This document shows positions 13,961 to 43,524 of a DNA stretch of 64,000 bases, piece after piece. Within the stretch, counting starts at the first letter, position 1; every line of letters starts with the position of its first letter. The stretch comes from the human T2T-CHM13v2.0 reference genome, Homo sapiens, in the NCBI RefSeq assembly GCF_009914755.1, contig NC_060944.1. One strand, written 5' to 3'. The translations under genes were made by a program, and so were the position numbers. The notes under the pieces were generated by a model. The model made no database searches. It saw only the letters and a program-made list of their open reading frames with translations, and had not been told where the DNA came from.

Positions 13961-14570
13961 AACCACAAGCTTCTGGCCTCTTCAGAGGGGCTGGCTACTG
14001 CAGGAACCTGAAACGTCCTCTGGTTAGGGCACAGTCCAGTGGTGGTCTTTAGGAGTAGCCCACTGGGTGGCAGAGAAACTTGCTGGAGGACACAGAACCT
14101 GCATAGCTGATTCCCTCACTTTCTTCAGGTCTTTGCTCAAATGTCACATTTTTATAGAGACTTTTCCCAACTAGTTTGCTTAAACGTGCAGTCCTACCCT
14201 GACACTTTCTATCCCTGTCTCTACCTATCATCAATATTTAATATATAATATTCTTAAAATATTTCATTTATTGTCTGTCAACACCATGGGAGCAGAGATT
14301 TTTTTTTGTCCAGTTTATTCATTGCTGTGCCACAACATCAAGAATTGTGCCTTGACTGGGTGTGGTGGCTCATGCTGTAATCCCAGCACTTTGGGAGGCT
14401 GAAGTGGGAGCATCACTTGAAACCAGGAGTTCAGGACCAGCCTGGACAACGTAGTGAGACCCCATCTCTTAAAAAAATAAATCATGCCTTGCACATAGTA
14501 GGAGCTCAGTGGATATTTCTTCAGTATTGGCTGAATCATTATTAGGGTTAATCTTTATCATCTAACATAG

Positions 14571-14701
14571 ATCAGAAACTGTTTGCCAGCCTCCTCATCA
14601 AGTGTGTGGTCCAGTTGGAATTGATACAGACCATTGACAACATTGTGTTCTACCCTGCGACGAGCAAAAAGGAGGATGCAGAGCACATGGTTGCCGCCCA
14701 G
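14571..14701 (+). CDS. ARFGEF2: ARFGEF2 exon 35
   Basis: catag|AT...CAG|gtaaga; [43 protein letters not shown]. Confidence 0.95.
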
Positions 14702-14995
14702 GTAAGAACAGGAGGCCTCGGGAAGAGCATCCCTGTCCATAGGGAGGTTGCTTTGATGTAGTGGTGTGCGGAAGCCAGCTTGTACTGGCTTTCCAGAGCC
14801 TGTCATGCTCATCTCTTTCCAACCTCACATTCAGTGATGGCATGTTGATGCTTAAAATTGGCCTTGATGGGAGTTATTTACATCAGAGAAAAACAGCAAA
14901 CACTAAACATCAGGGCTTCATTTTTTTTATGTATATACCCCAGAGAGTGAGTTTATGAGCATACCACTGCTCAGATGCCACCCCACTAGTGTTAG

Positions 14996-15344
<349 letters not shown>

Positions 15345-15465
15345 TGATATACAGTTTAATCACAAATAAGTGAGGAGGAAAAGATATATATAAAGATCCC
15401 AGTTTTTCCTTCAAGAATTTCGCTTTTTTTGTTTTGTATATGCAACTTTCTACATATGGGATTCT

Positions 15466-15779
15466 TTTCCTTTTTTTCTTTTTTTGGCGAGACAAAGTCT
15501 CACTCTGTCACCCAGGCTGGAGTGCAGTGGTGCAATCACAGAATCACAGGTAACTGGGGTTTCAACCTCCCAGGCTCAGGTGATTCCCCCATCTCAGCCT
15601 CTTAAGTAGCTGGGACTACAGGCACATGCCGCCATGCCCAGTTAATTTTTTACATTTTTTGTAGAGATGGGGTTTTGCCATGTTGCCCAGCCTGGTCTCA
15701 AACTCTTGGACTCAAGCAATCTGCCCACCTCAGCCTCCCAAAGTGTTGGGATTGCAGGCGTGCACCACCATGCCTGGCC
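15466..15779 (-). mobile_element. Alu (AluJ-type)
   Basis: Diverged antisense dimer. Confidence 0.85.
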
Positions 15780-16224
15780 TACATATCAGATTCTTGAAAA
15801 CATAGAGAATTCAGTGTCCAAAAGTTGGACAGTTATCCTACACCATGGGTTACAAATGTCAGTGCTTCAGGGGCTAGCAGATCCTGTGAGAGTGAGTGAG
15901 TGAGGCAGGCTGGGTAAGGATTGTGGTAAACCAGAAATCTCTAGCCCAGTCAAAGCGGCTGCCACCTCTCAGCTTTAGCGCCCGATTACCATCCAAGTGG
16001 GTTAAGTTGTGACAGTTTCTCGTGTTTCAAGAGTAGCCAAAATCAAGATTTTTTTTCATAGAGGAAGTCATGTTTTAAATACTAGCAAAAGTAATGTAAA
16101 TTTTATTACTGCTGGAAAAAATACAGCTGTGAGCCAGAGGCTGTCCTTTTGATTTTAAAATTTTAGGCAGCTTGTTCAGTAAAGTTTCCTAGGGTTTCAT
16201 ACATGTTTCAAGAATGCATTCCTG

Positions 16225-16522
<298 letters not shown>

Positions 16523-16644
16523 TCATTCCTGTAATGAAATAATTGGAGACACACACACTCCTGCTTATGCAGTGGAGGCAGCACTGATGAAACTGAAACT
16601 TTGGCCAGCCAAGCCTGCCATCATGGAACGGCTCAGTGTGTTCC

Positions 16645-16762
16645 TTCACCAGCCAGTGAGCAGAGTCTAAATGGAAATGTTTCAGGGTGTTGGGGAATAA
16701 GTGTGTCTTATAGACAGGGATGACTTTTGGAGAGTCATGACTGCCGTTGTCTGCAATCACAA
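16645..16762 (+). repeat. unclassified duplicated intronic element, copy C
   Basis: ccagcc..gtctaaatgg..cttata..ggatgactt..gagtc..actgcc..tcacaa, colinear with copy D. Confidence 0.8.
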
Positions 16763-16819
16763 TGCCCAGAGCATTCCATCTTCTTCATTAGCTCTTCTAT
16801 CCTCTGTCCTGTCCTCTAG

Positions 16820-16988
16820 CAAGACACGCTGGATGCAGATATCCACATAGAGACGGAGGATCAGGGCATGTATAAGTACATGTCTTCCCAGCACCTCTTC
16901 AAGCTGTTGGACTGTTTGCAGGAATCCCATTCATTCTCAAAGGCCTTCAACTCCAATTACGAGCAGCGGACTGTCCTGTGGCGAGCAG
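16820..16988 (+). CDS. ARFGEF2: ARFGEF2 exon 36
   Basis: ctctag|CAA...CAG|gtaagg; [56 protein letters not shown]. Confidence 0.95.
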
Positions 16989-17198
16989 GTAAGGCCACAC
17001 AGCAGATAAGATAGATGGCCACACTGGTCACCTTCCTAAAACATTAAAGTGCTTGGAAAATGCCCAAAATTTTAAACATAGCTAGAATAACTTAACAGAT
17101 ATTTTCATGCTTGAGGGGGAGAGAAGGGAAATGTTGGATAGGTTTCATCCCAGTACATGGTAGATTCTCAGTACGTATTTGATAAAAAGACAAATTGA

Positions 17199-19930
<2,732 letters not shown>

Positions 19931-20034
19931 ACAGATGTTTCATATTTCATAAAATAACTAGATTTCTAGTTCATACACAGTTATCAGCATTATCTTAGAA
20001 ATGTGCACTAATTATATGACTGTCTGATCTCTAG

Positions 20035-20173
20035 GTTTTAAGGGCAAGTCTAAACCCAATCTTCTAAAACAAGAAACCAGCAGCCTGGCCTGTTGTTTGA
20101 GGATCCTGTTTCGAATGTATGTTGATGAGAACCGCAGGGATTCCTGGGAAGAAATACAGCAGAGACTTTTAAC
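20035..20173 (+). CDS. ARFGEF2: ARFGEF2 exon 37
   Basis: ctctag|GT...AC|gtaaga; [45 protein letters not shown]. Confidence 0.95.
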
Positions 20174-21099
20174 GTAAGAAAATTAGTTTCTGATTAGATT
20201 TCTATCTGCTATATACAAAATGCATCACAGCAATACTGTGGATTGAAAAGAGTAAGAGAAAAATACATGCTGACACTCTGACAAATTTTTTTTTCTTTCT
20301 ATTTGGTGACTCTCCCATTTCACTTTTCTTAATGCCCTGAAGAGGGCAGAGCCTCATCTGTTTCACTGTTAAGCCCTTGCTTGAGCCCAGGAGTTGAAGG
20401 GTGCTGTGAGCTATGCATAGAAACATGGACAGTGAAAAGTGCTCCGAGCGGTCAGCAGGCTGGATGGAAGTCCTGACTGTGGCTAGAGCCCTGTGGCCTT
20501 AGGCAGGTTACTATCCCTCTTGGGACCAGGTCCTCTTTAGAATTGTTGTCAGCAATAACATCCCATCATTCCTTCTTTCCAAGAAGAGTGTAATTGAAAT
20601 CATATAACCAGGATGTGCCTACAAAATTATCTAGAAATCCACCAATGGGGAGAGAGTGGAATACTGATGAGGAAGCCCCAGCCAGAAAAGTAGGTCTTTG
20701 TCACTCAGCTTCCTGGGCATCAGCAAGATTCTGATGCCTGAGCTTTCTTTTCTTCCTCTAAGGTATAAAAACAGTAACACACAGTGCTGGCAAATGTGTG
20801 GTAAGAATGCACTCTCCTGCGTAGCTAGTTGGAGTGTATAATGGCATGATCTTTCTGGAAAGTAGGTGAGACTATATACCAGGAGCCCTAAAGTGTTCAT
20901 TCTCTGTGACTCAGTAATTCCACTGTTATGGAATCTGCTTCAGAAAATATTTTAGACATAGGAACCAGGAATACCACATGGAATATTCACTGCAGACTTA
21001 TCAGGAGAAAAAATTTTAAGCAGCTCAACTGTGGAATGAATAACTAAGCTGTAATATGTCCTAAATTATGATATTATGAAACATAGTCATTAAAAGTGA

Positions 21100-24392
<3,293 letters not shown>

Positions 24393-24522
24393 CCAACTTT
24401 CTAATAGCAAGAAAAGCACCAATATTGTAATAAGTTCCAGGGTGAGATTAACACTTCTGAAAAACTGGTGCCCAAAAAAAAAAAAAATTGTCTAATTTTA
24501 TCTGTTTCTCTCCCACCTCAAG

Positions 24523-24699
24523 TTCAAAGCACATGCTTCAATGTACTACCCCTACTTGTGTGAAATTATGCAGTTTGACCTGATCCCTGAGCTCCGAGCA
24601 GTTCTGCGGAAGTTCTTCCTACGGATAGGTGTTGTGTATAAGATATGGATACCAGAAGAGCCATCACAGGTACCAGCAGCACTGTCACCAGTGTGGTAG
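24523..24699 (+). CDS. ARFGEF2: ARFGEF2 last exon (39), coding part with TAG stop
   Basis: cctcaag|TTC; [58 protein letters not shown]; TAG 24697-24699. Confidence 0.95.
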   Translation, partial: FKAHASMYYPYLCEIMQFDLIPELRAVLRKFFLRIGVVYKIWIPEEPSQVPAALSPVW

Positions 24700-25095
24700 C
24701 CCTGGCTGCCCAGGCCAGTGCTGCAGCTCTGCAGAATGTTCAGCATGCCATTTCTGACTGGCACATCTCGTGAAGTTTCATAGAAACAAGGAGTTGGCAT
24801 CTTGGATCTCAGAATGGCCTGGAAACGGATGGCCTCTACGCTGTTCCATCACAGTCTCCAACTAAGGCTTATGGTATTTCATTAAACTGTTGCATACCCA
24901 GTTAGCACAGTAGGTGGGGAGTCTGCTTCATTTCTATCATTCCATTTTTCTGATTAAACTGTCAAATCTGTCATTGCATATGCCATCGTTTTCTAGCAAA
25001 ATCCCATGATTGGCTATAAACGTTTTGTAAGAAGTCACTCTCCTTGAAAATACTGAACATAGCTGTATAGGTTTGTGATTATTAGAGAATATGTT

Positions 25096-25101
25096 AATAA
25101 A
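25096..25101 (+). terminator. candidate proximal poly(A) signal of ARFGEF2
   Basis: AATAAA followed ~40 nt later by gttttctgttgtttgagtgtgtt (GU-rich downstream element). Confidence 0.5.
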
Positions 25102-28100
25102 ACTTCTTGTAACGGCTAACTGCCACCTAAAATATGCTGGGTTTTCTGTTGTTTGAGTGTGTTAGAGAAATTTGAATGTTTTTGTCAGTTACGAGTCAGC
25201 CGTAATTAGATTAGTTTAAGGACAGGTCAGGATTAGAGAAGAGTTGTTTTTGTGTTTTGTTAATGTCTGAGTGATTTTTAAAGTATTTTACAAAAAGATA
25301 TTGAAAATTTGGTTGAAGGCAGAGTTTAGTAATTAAGTTAGAATTAAGAGTTTTGCGAGGTTAAAAAAATGTGCCTCGTGGATCTCCCTGTTTTAGTAAC
25401 ATGGAGAGAAAAAGTCTACACGAAAAAGTGAACAATTTAATGAAGATGATTAGCCTTCCTTGAAATAAGTATTTGTGGATGGGTGTTAAATTAAAATTTC
25501 CAGAATACACTGTCCATCTCACACACTCTGAAATCTAATATATGAAGTAGTAATGAAAATGAAGTAGTAATTTAACCAGAGTTCATTTATCCTTGAATAA
25601 ACCTTTTTATTTTCACCTCAGAAAAGTGAGTGTACTGGCAGTTAGTGTCACTGCTTTGCACAGTCCCCATTAAAGGACCCTCCAGAGAGGGACAGTAACT
25701 GTGCATGAGAAGCCGCTCCCATAAGCCTCCTCAGCCAGATGTCATGGGTGGAACTGGAGCTGTGTCGGGGCCAGCACAGCTGAACTGTGACAATGGCAGG
25801 AGGTGGCATGTGCCCAGCACTTCCATTAATCTGAGCCTAGGAGTTGAATTCTTTGGCAAGGTTGGATTCTGAGGTCCTTATTATGTTAATGATGGTGCAA
25901 TACTCTCACCTGCAGTAGAACTGAGTTCTGCTGCAGCTTGTGTAAAAGTGGGCAGTACACAAGTACGTCCCAAAGCCTGTGAGCAGTATACGTGGATGCT
26001 CACCCATGAGAAGGAGCACACACGCCTCATTCTCTGCCCTCACCCACTGCTCACCTAGAGCATCGCTGAGCGTTAGACAAAGTGTTACACAGAATGATTA
26101 AAACTTTCAGACTTCTACCTATGCTCTTTAGTCCTGTAAATTGGGTTGTATTGATGTCAACTCTGGTGCCTTAGAAGTTAGTAGTTTGGGAACCTATCTG
26201 TAAAATCAGATGTTTTTTCTTTGTAGAGAAGGATTTCTGGTGCTTTTGCTTACTAAGAGACCGATATTCTTAAGTTGTTTTCTTGTTTTAACAGCCTTGA
26301 GAAATGTTTGGTTTTGGCCAGCAGAATTCTTGTCTACTTTTTTCTTTCCCAAAAAGTGTTTTTTAATTTCTCTACCAAAGAAAAAATGAGCAGGTTTAGG
26401 TTTTTACATGACTTATATACATTAGATAAAAGGAGCTGTATAATTTAGCAGGAAAGGACTATGGGAGAATACTTTACTGTGAGTGGAAAATGTTAGCACA
26501 TTTGACTGGTTTGCCCTGGAATCCACTGCACCTTTACACTGCACCATGAAACCTACACTCCCTGGTATCATAGCGCGTCATCACCTCAACAAGTCAGTCG
26601 TCTCCATTGATATTTGTACAAAAGGTATACATGGGGAACACGTGTTCATTCATTAAGTCCATCTTGCGTGCAGCTATATCCCTGATTGGTTATTTTTCCT
26701 TTCCTTCTGAGGTTCTCATGTCATTTTCTTCATCGGATGTGACTAAAATTTTTCTGGTGTCTTCTGCCCTCTCTTTAATTTTGCCTCTTGAGGGGTAGCA
26801 GATGTGTCAGTGCATTTTATTACTTGCTGAAACATTCAGGCTTACATTTCTTATTAGTTTAGTATTTTAAAAGATTTAATTTTCTGAATGAGGCATTTGA
26901 ATTGTACCAGCAATGGACTTTTAAAAAATTGGATGTAAAACCATTCAGGGTGATTTTTCTTGTCAGTGGACAGTGACGAACAGAGATTTGAAATCCCTTA
27001 CCTCCAATAATAAGCCATTCAGCCTAAATTCATTTTTATGAATAAATCTCTTCTTTCTCATGGTAAATGTGGCTTGTGCCACTCAAACACTAGTGAAAGG
27101 GTATGTACAACCGCAACATCAGGCCAGGACACCATTTATTTAACCAAGTAATGGAGGAGAGTGAAACATTTTCCAAGGCCTTATTTCTTTTTCAGAATGC
27201 TTTAAGTGTTGATTATGTGTGCTGGGTCTCTAGAGAAGTTTTTATTTGTTACAATACTGCTGCTTTGAGCAATTTTGTTTCTCTTCATTGTCTGTTAGGG
27301 GAATCACCAGCTTTGGCATCTTAACAACAAACAGTGGATGGGTAATTTTTATTTCTGATACGCATCTTTAGAGTCAAATATATCTTTTCCCTGTACTCCT
27401 CATGTACAACCAAAGAACATACATTATGAAAATTGTATTATAATATCTGGAAACACAACATTTTCCTCTGGCAGGTGACTTTTGTACGAAATGAAAAAAA
27501 AAAAAACCTGTATTTTTTTTGTTGTTCTTTTGTGATTAAGGATATACATTTAGTAGTCTTTGTTATTAAAGGAACCTGCTGATAAGTACAAGTGTGACCA
27601 TCTCATTCAAATGTTTGTTGTTATGATGCAAATGGATATTGGTTTCAATAGAAGCTGGATCCTTAATACTGCATTTTCTGAATTCTGTTTTAATATTTGT
27701 GTTAAAGTAGACATAGCTGAACTCACATGGAATCCTGGAGTTTTGTTATCAGCAGCTTTGCAGTTTGGGAAACAAAGAAACCAAAGCTGAGTGTTTTAAA
27801 GAATGAACATATCTGGAAATCCTTGCTCTCAAAACAAAACAATATAATCTATCAAAGGTGTTTTACTCAGTGTTCTAATTTTTAAAAAATTTTATCTGCA
27901 TATTTGCATCAAATATTTATGTGTAAAATGTATGTTTTACCTCCTTAAAATGCCTAAAAGTTAGTTAATAGTTACTTTGGTTTAACCTATACACAATGAT
28001 TAAGTGCATTTAATATTGGTAATTTAATGAAAACCATTCCTTGCCCAATGGATGTATAAATTTTTGAAAGAATAAGCAGAATTATATAATATGAAATGCT

Positions 28101-28175
28101 ATGTAAAGTTTTCTATGTAAAAATATTATGTATAATACTATTAAAATATCCCATGCTTTGATCAGGTGGTACATC

Positions 28176-28181
28176 AATAAA
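28176..28181 (+). terminator. distal poly(A) signal of ARFGEF2
   Basis: AATAAA with TGTA at 28102, 28116, 28129 upstream and GT/T-rich sequence (tgtttctaatgtgtagt) ~20 nt downstream. Confidence 0.8.
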
Positions 28182-28429
28182 ATTTTAAAAAGTATAGCTG
28201 TTTCTAATGTGTAGTAATTTAAAAAACATATATCAAGCCGTAGTTTTGGGTCAGTTTATGTCCCTCACCAATGAAAGGGGGAAAATTCTAGTCATGAGAT
28301 TCTTTATATGCCTCTTGAATCTATGAACTTTGTTTGTTGTTGCTAGTTACAAAATGTAATTGTAAGGATCAAGCAGTGGCTATTGGTTCAGCCAGTACAC
28401 ATTGACAGCTTTGAAATATTCAGATGCTA

Positions 28430-37550
<9,121 letters not shown>

Positions 37551-37699
37551 TGAACACCTCCTACGTGCCAAGCCCTGACATCAAAATGGGTCACAAGCCA
37601 GCAGCCGCTCGCTGAATCTGTGTTCCTCTTTGGAAAACGAGAACCGTGAAGCCTGCTGGCATGGTCAGAGCCAAAGAGCATTGTCACTTGTGAGATCAG

Positions 37700-38450
37700 C
37701 GCAGAAACAGAGCGGGGCCCCGATTGGCCCTTCGAACTTGGGTGGGGCCAGAGCATTCCTGGCCCCGCCCCCTGCAGCGGGCCGCTCGCGCATGCGCTCT
37801 GGCCTCAGGCTCGCTGTCGCGCCATTTTGCCGGGGTTTGAATGTGAGGCGGAGCGGCGGCAGGAGCGGGTAGTGCCAGCTACGGTCCGCGGCTGGGGTTC
37901 CCTCCTCCGTTTCTGTATCCCCACGAGGTGAGGCGCGGGGCGTGCACGGCCTACCAGAGTGGCTCTTGGGGCCCAGCTGAGGAAGGGATGAGGCGCTCCC
38001 GGTACTAACGAGCGCTAGGGAGTGAGAACCGCGCCTCTGGGCGAGAGCGGAATGTGGGCCCGGGGTTCGGGTGGTGCGCTCAGGCAAGGTCTTCGGCTTC
38101 CCTAGGGAGCGCTTGCCGCGCCTCGCGGCATCCTAGGTCTCTGGCCCAGGTGCGGCGACCCCAGGGCCTGTGAGGGCTGAGGGCAACTGAGGCGCGGCCT
38201 AACGCGAGCCTGCGGATTGCCCGCCCTTTCCTCTCCATCACGGCGCTGATTGGCTGCGCCGCCGCCTCTCCGCTCGGGAAGGCCGCTCCTTATTGGTCGC
38301 GCTCGCATGTCCATTCTCTGCGACGGTGGCTGCTGGCCGCGCGAGCTGGGTGTGCGGCGGCGAGGCCTGCCCGGGCGGGGACTGCGGGCGCGTGGAGCTG
38401 CGGCTGCCTCGCGTCGTCCCTTGCCCTAACTCTAGTGAAGCCCCCGAACT
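37700..38450. promoter_or_regulatory. CpG island / CSE1L promoter
   Basis: High GC and CpG density; ATTGG 37723-37727, GC box 37761-37772, NRF1 palindrome GCGCATGCGC 37788-37797, YY1 CGCCATTTTG 37820-37829, CHR-type TTTGAA 37836-37841, further ATTGG at 38249 and 38292. Confidence 0.9.
37815..37927 (+). other. CSE1L: CSE1L non-coding exon 1 (start approximate)
   Basis: In CpG island; donor GAG|gtgagg at 37927/37928; joins to ATCCTATAGCA-ATG of exon 2. Confidence 0.8.
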
Positions 38451-38611
38451 CACCCTTCTCTAACCTCTGTACTTGTATCCCTGACTGTAAAACGGGCATC
38501 GTGATCTCACTTTGCTGAATTGTTTGTGAGAATTCTAGTCGGTACACCCGGGACATAGAAATCCCCTGTAACGCGGGTTGGGGGAGGGTTCCCTCGTTTT
38601 GGGAGAAACGC

Positions 38612-38800
38612 TGTGCTGTGGTGGTTCGGAGCATAGACTTTGGAATTAGATCGCCTGGGTTCATTCCAGACGTAGCCTCTCGTTAGGGGTGTAACTTGAG
38701 GCTGGTCACCTCATCTCACTTAGCCTCCATTTCCTTAGCTGCAAAATGGGGTTAATAACAGAATCTACCTCGGAAAGTGGCTTTGAGGATGCGCTGAGTT
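38612..38800 (+). mobile_element. MIR
   Basis: ggagcatagactttggaattagatcgcctgggttc...gcctccatttccttagctgcaaaatggggttaataacagaatctacctc. Confidence 0.8.
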
Positions 38801-39012
38801 ATTTACCGTGGTTTACAAAGGTTCCCTGGGAGCTGACGGTTGTTTATTCATCTCTCCCACCCATCTTTCTCCTTAGCCAGTGTGGCTTTCTGTTTCTTCC
38901 ATATTCCAGGCTTATTCCGATTTAAAATTATTTGCACATGCCTTTTGTTTGCTGGGGAAGTACCAACATTTTTGCAAGGCAGGCCGCCTCTCCCAAGTTT
39001 CCCTCACCTTAG

Positions 39013-39266
<254 letters not shown>

Positions 39267-41931
39267 TAATTTTTGTATTTTTATTAGAGACGGGGTTTCA
39301 CCATGTTGATCAGGCTGTCTAATCAACCTGTCTAGGACCTTTCTCCCATGGCTCTCCATCAACATCACCTGGTTTTAGTTACTTCATAGCATTTACTAAC
39401 ACTTACTTATTGCTTACTTGTTATCTTTCTCAACTGCTAGAATGTAAGCTGTTTGAGAGCAAGGACCTTGTCTGTCTTGCTTACTTCTCTCTCCCTGGTG
39501 GGTGCCATCCCACCTGTGCTTGCCACATGGTAGATGCACAAGTATTATTCTTCCTTGGAGGCACAGAAGGGGACCCTTTAGTCTTGGATTCCACCAATTG
39601 CTCTTTTTCTCACCTTGGGCCCACATAGTCATATCTTTGGCCTTTCTTTGTGTGTGTCTCTCTCTTTTTTTTTTTTTTTTTGACATGCTTTCAGAGGATC
39701 CTAATGGACCTCGTCTCTCCGCTCCTACAACCCTTTATCTTTCACTTCTTACCATCAGTGCAAGGGAAGTCTCTCTCCCCTTCTGATTACTTCTGCTGGT
39801 TGGGGTCTGGGACAGGATTGGATGGATGCAAGAGCAGTGCTCTAGTTTTGGAATTAATTTGTTTCTTTATTCATTTAATAACTTTATTGAGCATCCACTT
39901 AATCTCTGGGAATATAGTGAAAAAACAAAAATGGACAAGGTCCCTTCCCTTGAGGACCATGTATTCTCGTGGGCGAAAGAAAAAACATTAGATAATTTCA
40001 GATAGTGACAGAATTATGTGACAGGTGAAGAAGGCTTTTCTGAGGAGGTGACATTTGGGTAGAGACCAGCCATTAAAAGGTGAGGGGCAGAACATTCCAG
40101 GTAGAGGGAATAGAAGGCTCAAGGCTCAAGGACAGGAACCGGCTTGGAATATTGAAATATTTAAGGAATATCTTAGGTTCCTAGAGTGTTACATGAAGAA
40201 GGGAGAAATATCCAGGACCCGGATCATAGAAGGCTTTGTAGGCAATGTAAGGAGTTTGGATTTGATTCTAAGTGGTATATTCCTATGGTTAGAAAGCAGA
40301 GGGTAGGTTGAGGTGTTGGGATATGTTCTTCATGTGTGGGTGCCAGATAGTTTTCATTCATTGGATCTCTTTCCCTCTTCCCAAATGTAAGGCCTCGGGA
40401 ATGGTTCTCTAATGTGTTGAGGACATATCTAAGAAAAAGGCAGACATCTTGGATCAGCTTATGTCACAGATGTCTGTGAGATGGCTTTGGAAAACAAAGC
40501 TTTTATTCCAGAAATCTCCACCTGTAATTGAGGGCCTGTGGGAAGATGCTAGACTTAGGTCTGGCCATTCATTCAACAAGAAGAACTTGGAGATTTAGAT
40601 GTCTGCCATAACTGATTTATTGTGATGCTTTTTTAAGTTTCTTAATTGTGTATTGGTAGAGATTTCCAAAGATAGTTACGTGGAGAAAGAAAAGTATCAC
40701 CCCCTCATTTAAAGGTGATAAAAATGAATTCTTATCTTCTCCCTCCCTTTTTTTTTTGGAGACACCATCTCACTGTGTTGCCTGGGCTGACCTGGGCTCA
40801 GTCTGTCCTCCTACCTCAGCCTCCCGAGTAGCTAGGACTACAGGCGTGCACCACCACACTCAACTAATTTTTATTTTTTTTTGGTAGAGATGGCACCATG
40901 TTGCCCAGGTTGGTCTCAAACTCCTGGACTCAACCAATCTGCTTACCTTGGCCCCCCAAAGAGCTGGGATTACAGGCATGAGCCACCCTACTTGGCCAAA
41001 ATGAATTTTTTGTTTCTAGTTTGAGTCATTTTTAGATCAGTAACACTTTTTGCATTTATATATTGCTAATATTTCAGAGTGTCAAAGTACCTTTACTTGT
41101 GGTTGCATAAGATAATTAGAGCTTGATCTTGTTGATAATTATGAATACCTGTAAAATGTTCTCTAAAAGTCCCTGATTTCTCTTATTTTCTCAAATTAAG
41201 GATAAGCTTAGAATTCGGTTTTATAGACTATATCTGCAAGGCGATATAAAAAGGATTTGTTGACAAATAGTTCCTTAAAGAATATTCCCAAAGAATAAAC
41301 TTTGGAAGGCCAAGGTGGGCGGATCACTTGAGCTCAGGAGTTCCAGACCAGCCTGGGCAACACTGGAACCATGTCTACAGAAACAACACAAAAATTAGCC
41401 AGGTGTGGTGGTGTGTGCCTGTAGTCCCAGCTACTTGGGAGGTTGAAGTAGGAGGATGGCTTGAGCCCAGGAGGCAGAGGTTTCAGTGGGCCAGAATTAC
41501 ACCACTGCATTTCTCCAGCCTAGGTAACAGACCCAGACCCTGTCTCAAAAAAGAGTATTAAGATTCTGGGATCTATGTAGTATTTTAACTTTGAGGGATT
41601 ATAACATGCATATTTATATAACCCCTCACTTTTTTTTAAACTTAAAAATAGTCCTACCCTAGCATCTCAACTTAATCATTTTAGGTTTCATTCTATTATG
41701 TGGTTTTATTTATTTATTTTTATTTTATTTTATTTTATTTTATTTTATTTTTGGAGACAGGGTTTCACTCAGTCACCCATACTGGACTGCAGTGACAAGA
41801 CCTCAGCTTATTGCAGCCTAGACCTCCCGGGCTCAAGCAATCCTCCTGCCTCAACTTCCCTAGTAGCTAGGACCACAGGAGGGTATCACCAAGCCCAGCT
41901 AATTTTTTTTTTTTTTTTTTTTTTTTTTTGA

Positions 41932-42237
<306 letters not shown>

Positions 42238-42799
42238 TAATTTTTAAAATTTTTTGTAGAGACAGGATCTCACTATTGTTGCCAAGTCTGGTCTTGAACG
42301 GTCCTTGGGGTCAAGTGATCGCCCCATCTCCACCTCCCAAAGTGCTGGGATTACAGAAGTGAGCCACCTTGCTCAGCCTGTTGTGGTTTTAGAATCTAGA
42401 AGGTTGTGTCCACCTCTTTCTGTTTGACACAGTCAACCAACCAAAATAAAGATGAAGAATAATATTTTTGATGGAAACATCAAAGGTATCTAGCTTTTTA
42501 AAATAGTACAACAAATATATAACGGGTGCTCATCACTATTGTAAGGCTCTAGGGAGAGAGCAGTGAACAAAGCACAAAGTCCCTACTATCAGTGGAGTTT
42601 ACAATCTAGTGAAGAGAGAAGCACAGTAAATGACAAAAGAAATTAATATGCCTGATAAAATGTACTTGGAAAATAGTAGAGTAAGGGCATGGAGAGTAAC
42701 TGAGGTGAATGCTCTTTTAGATAGGATGGTGCAGCAAGGCATCTCTGAAAAAAAGATGACATTTGAAAAGAGTCCTTCCAGGCCGGGCACGGTGGCTCA

Positions 42800-43231
<432 letters not shown>

Positions 43232-43383
43232 TCAGAGACAGAGTCTTACTCTGTTGCCCAGATTGGAATGCAATGGCATGATCATAGCTCACTGCAGCCT
43301 TAAAATTCTGAGCTTAACCAGTCCTTCTGCCTCAGCCTCCAGAGCAGCTGAGACTACAAGTGCTTGCCACCATGCCTGGCTAA

Positions 43384-43524
<141 letters not shown>

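Larger units (their letters stand above)
24700..28197 (+). other. ARFGEF2: ARFGEF2 3'UTR (~3.5 kb, end approximate)
   Basis: Follows stop codon; repeat-free AT-rich sequence ending shortly after AATAAA 28176-28181. Confidence 0.8.

Noticed and set aside
16571-16625. Hammerhead-like core CTGATGA-aact-GAAAC with small flanking stems just upstream of copy C
   Set aside because: Stem II is absent (4-nt linker) and the cleavage triplet would be GCC rather than NUH; likely chance, though an in vitro cleavage assay would settle it
16719-16740. SECIS-like ATGA...GA in copy C
   Set aside because: Intronic, stem too short, no AA loop
37817-37828. E2F site at the CSE1L TSS
   Set aside because: Two mismatches to TTTSSCGC; better explained as YY1
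37665-38664. Minus-strand ORFs of 140 and 124 aa over the CpG island
   Set aside because: Expected from stop-poor GC-rich DNA; low-complexity Pro/Arg/Ala, no recognisable family
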